IMG/VR virus record: IMGVR_UViG_3300036805_000138
Location: 1-35,331 of that record
Reading direction: 5' to 3' (one strand)
DNA from: a virus
Lineage: Duplodnaviria; Caudoviricetes
DNA length: 35,331 nt
Made by a program: the position numbers and the translations under genes. This document shows, one piece after another, positions 34,906 to 35,331 of the stretch. Every line of letters starts with the position of its first letter. Position 1 is the first letter of the stretch. The notes beneath the pieces are model-generated. The model was not told the origin of the DNA, ran no database searches, and saw nothing but the letters and a program-made list of their open reading frames with translations.

Positions 34906-35260
34906 CAGGCACCACCAATACCTCGACACGGAAAGTCACGGTTGGTGCCCCTGTGCCACCAACCGTGGCCAGCACCTGAATATACTCAGCGGGTACGTAG
35001 GCGTTGCTCTGTGCACTGCCTATCGCGGTCATCTGTGTGATAGCTGAGCTGGTCAGTGATGTCCAGGTCGAACCGTCTGGGCTGGTCTGCAACACGACAT
35101 CTAGCGTCTGCGTGGTGCCACCCACCGCTGAGGCGAACACCCACAGGCCGACGTTGCTGGTCGCGCCAGGGTTAGCGATCGGCCCCGATGAGTACGTGCC
35201 AGCCGCTCGCAAGGTGGCTACCGGTATCGCGGTATCCACCAACATAGGTCTTAGCGACAC
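34898..35260 (-). CDS. putative capsid decoration protein, paralog of 23869..24234
   Basis: SD AAGGAG; beta-rich; position upstream of the connector. Confidence 0.65.
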   Translation of the reverse strand: MSLRPMLVDTAIPVATLRAAGTYSSGPIANPGATSNVGLWVFASAVGGTTQTLDVVLQTSPDGSTWTSLTSSAITQMTAIGSAQSNAYVPAEYIQVLATVGGTGAPTVTFRVEVLVVPGG

Positions 35261-35273
35261 AAGATAGCGCTCC

Positions 35274-35330
35274 TTAGATCAGTGTCGAGGTAAAGTCATA
35301 CGGGCTTGTGCCGGTTATCAGCGTATTCAA
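35274..35330 (-). CDS. 3' end of an upstream gene (...LNTLITGTSPYDFTSTLI*), possibly major capsid
   Basis: Open frame from the window edge; stop adjoins the next SD. Confidence 0.35.
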   Translation of the reverse strand: MNTLITGTSPYDFTSTLI

Positions 35331-35331
35331 T

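Noticed and set aside
34351-35040. 229-aa + strand ORF
   Set aside because: Overlaps three coupled structural genes; no promoter or recognisable motif
1-35331. CRISPR array, tRNA, integrase, transposase, reverse transcriptase/DGR
   Set aside because: No regularly spaced repeats, cloverleaf, catalytic motifs or TR/VR pair seen by eye

Overview
A fragment of a tailed (siphovirus-type) actinobacteriophage or prophage genome. The host is probably a non-mycolic, mycelial actinomycete: Lsr2 and a TraB-like FtsK are present and no LysB is visible in the lysis region. Positions ~9.15-35.3 kb on the minus strand hold the late operon: head-tail connector, tail terminator, major tail, frameshifted tail chaperone, a very short tape measure, Dit-like and DUF5047 hub proteins, many minor tail/fibre genes, then holin-like genes, a GH25-like endolysin and a permuted NlpC/P60 amidase. 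Positions 1-9.1 kb on the plus strand hold an accessory arm: DUF2637 + FtsK/TraB-like translocase + GIY-YIG-like gene in a tightly coupled operon, a cysteine desulfurase-like enzyme flanked by two paralogous small genes, a secreted Pro-rich protein and Lsr2. The most striking unexplained structure is that the late operon is repeatedly interrupted at gene junctions by AT-rich antisense cassettes. Four share a 17-bp promoter core CAGTGCAGYSTGTGGTA, and most appear to be leaderless. Two HNH-type genes carry insertion scars and similar double-hairpin leaders. All family assignments come from motif recognition by eye, not from database searches.
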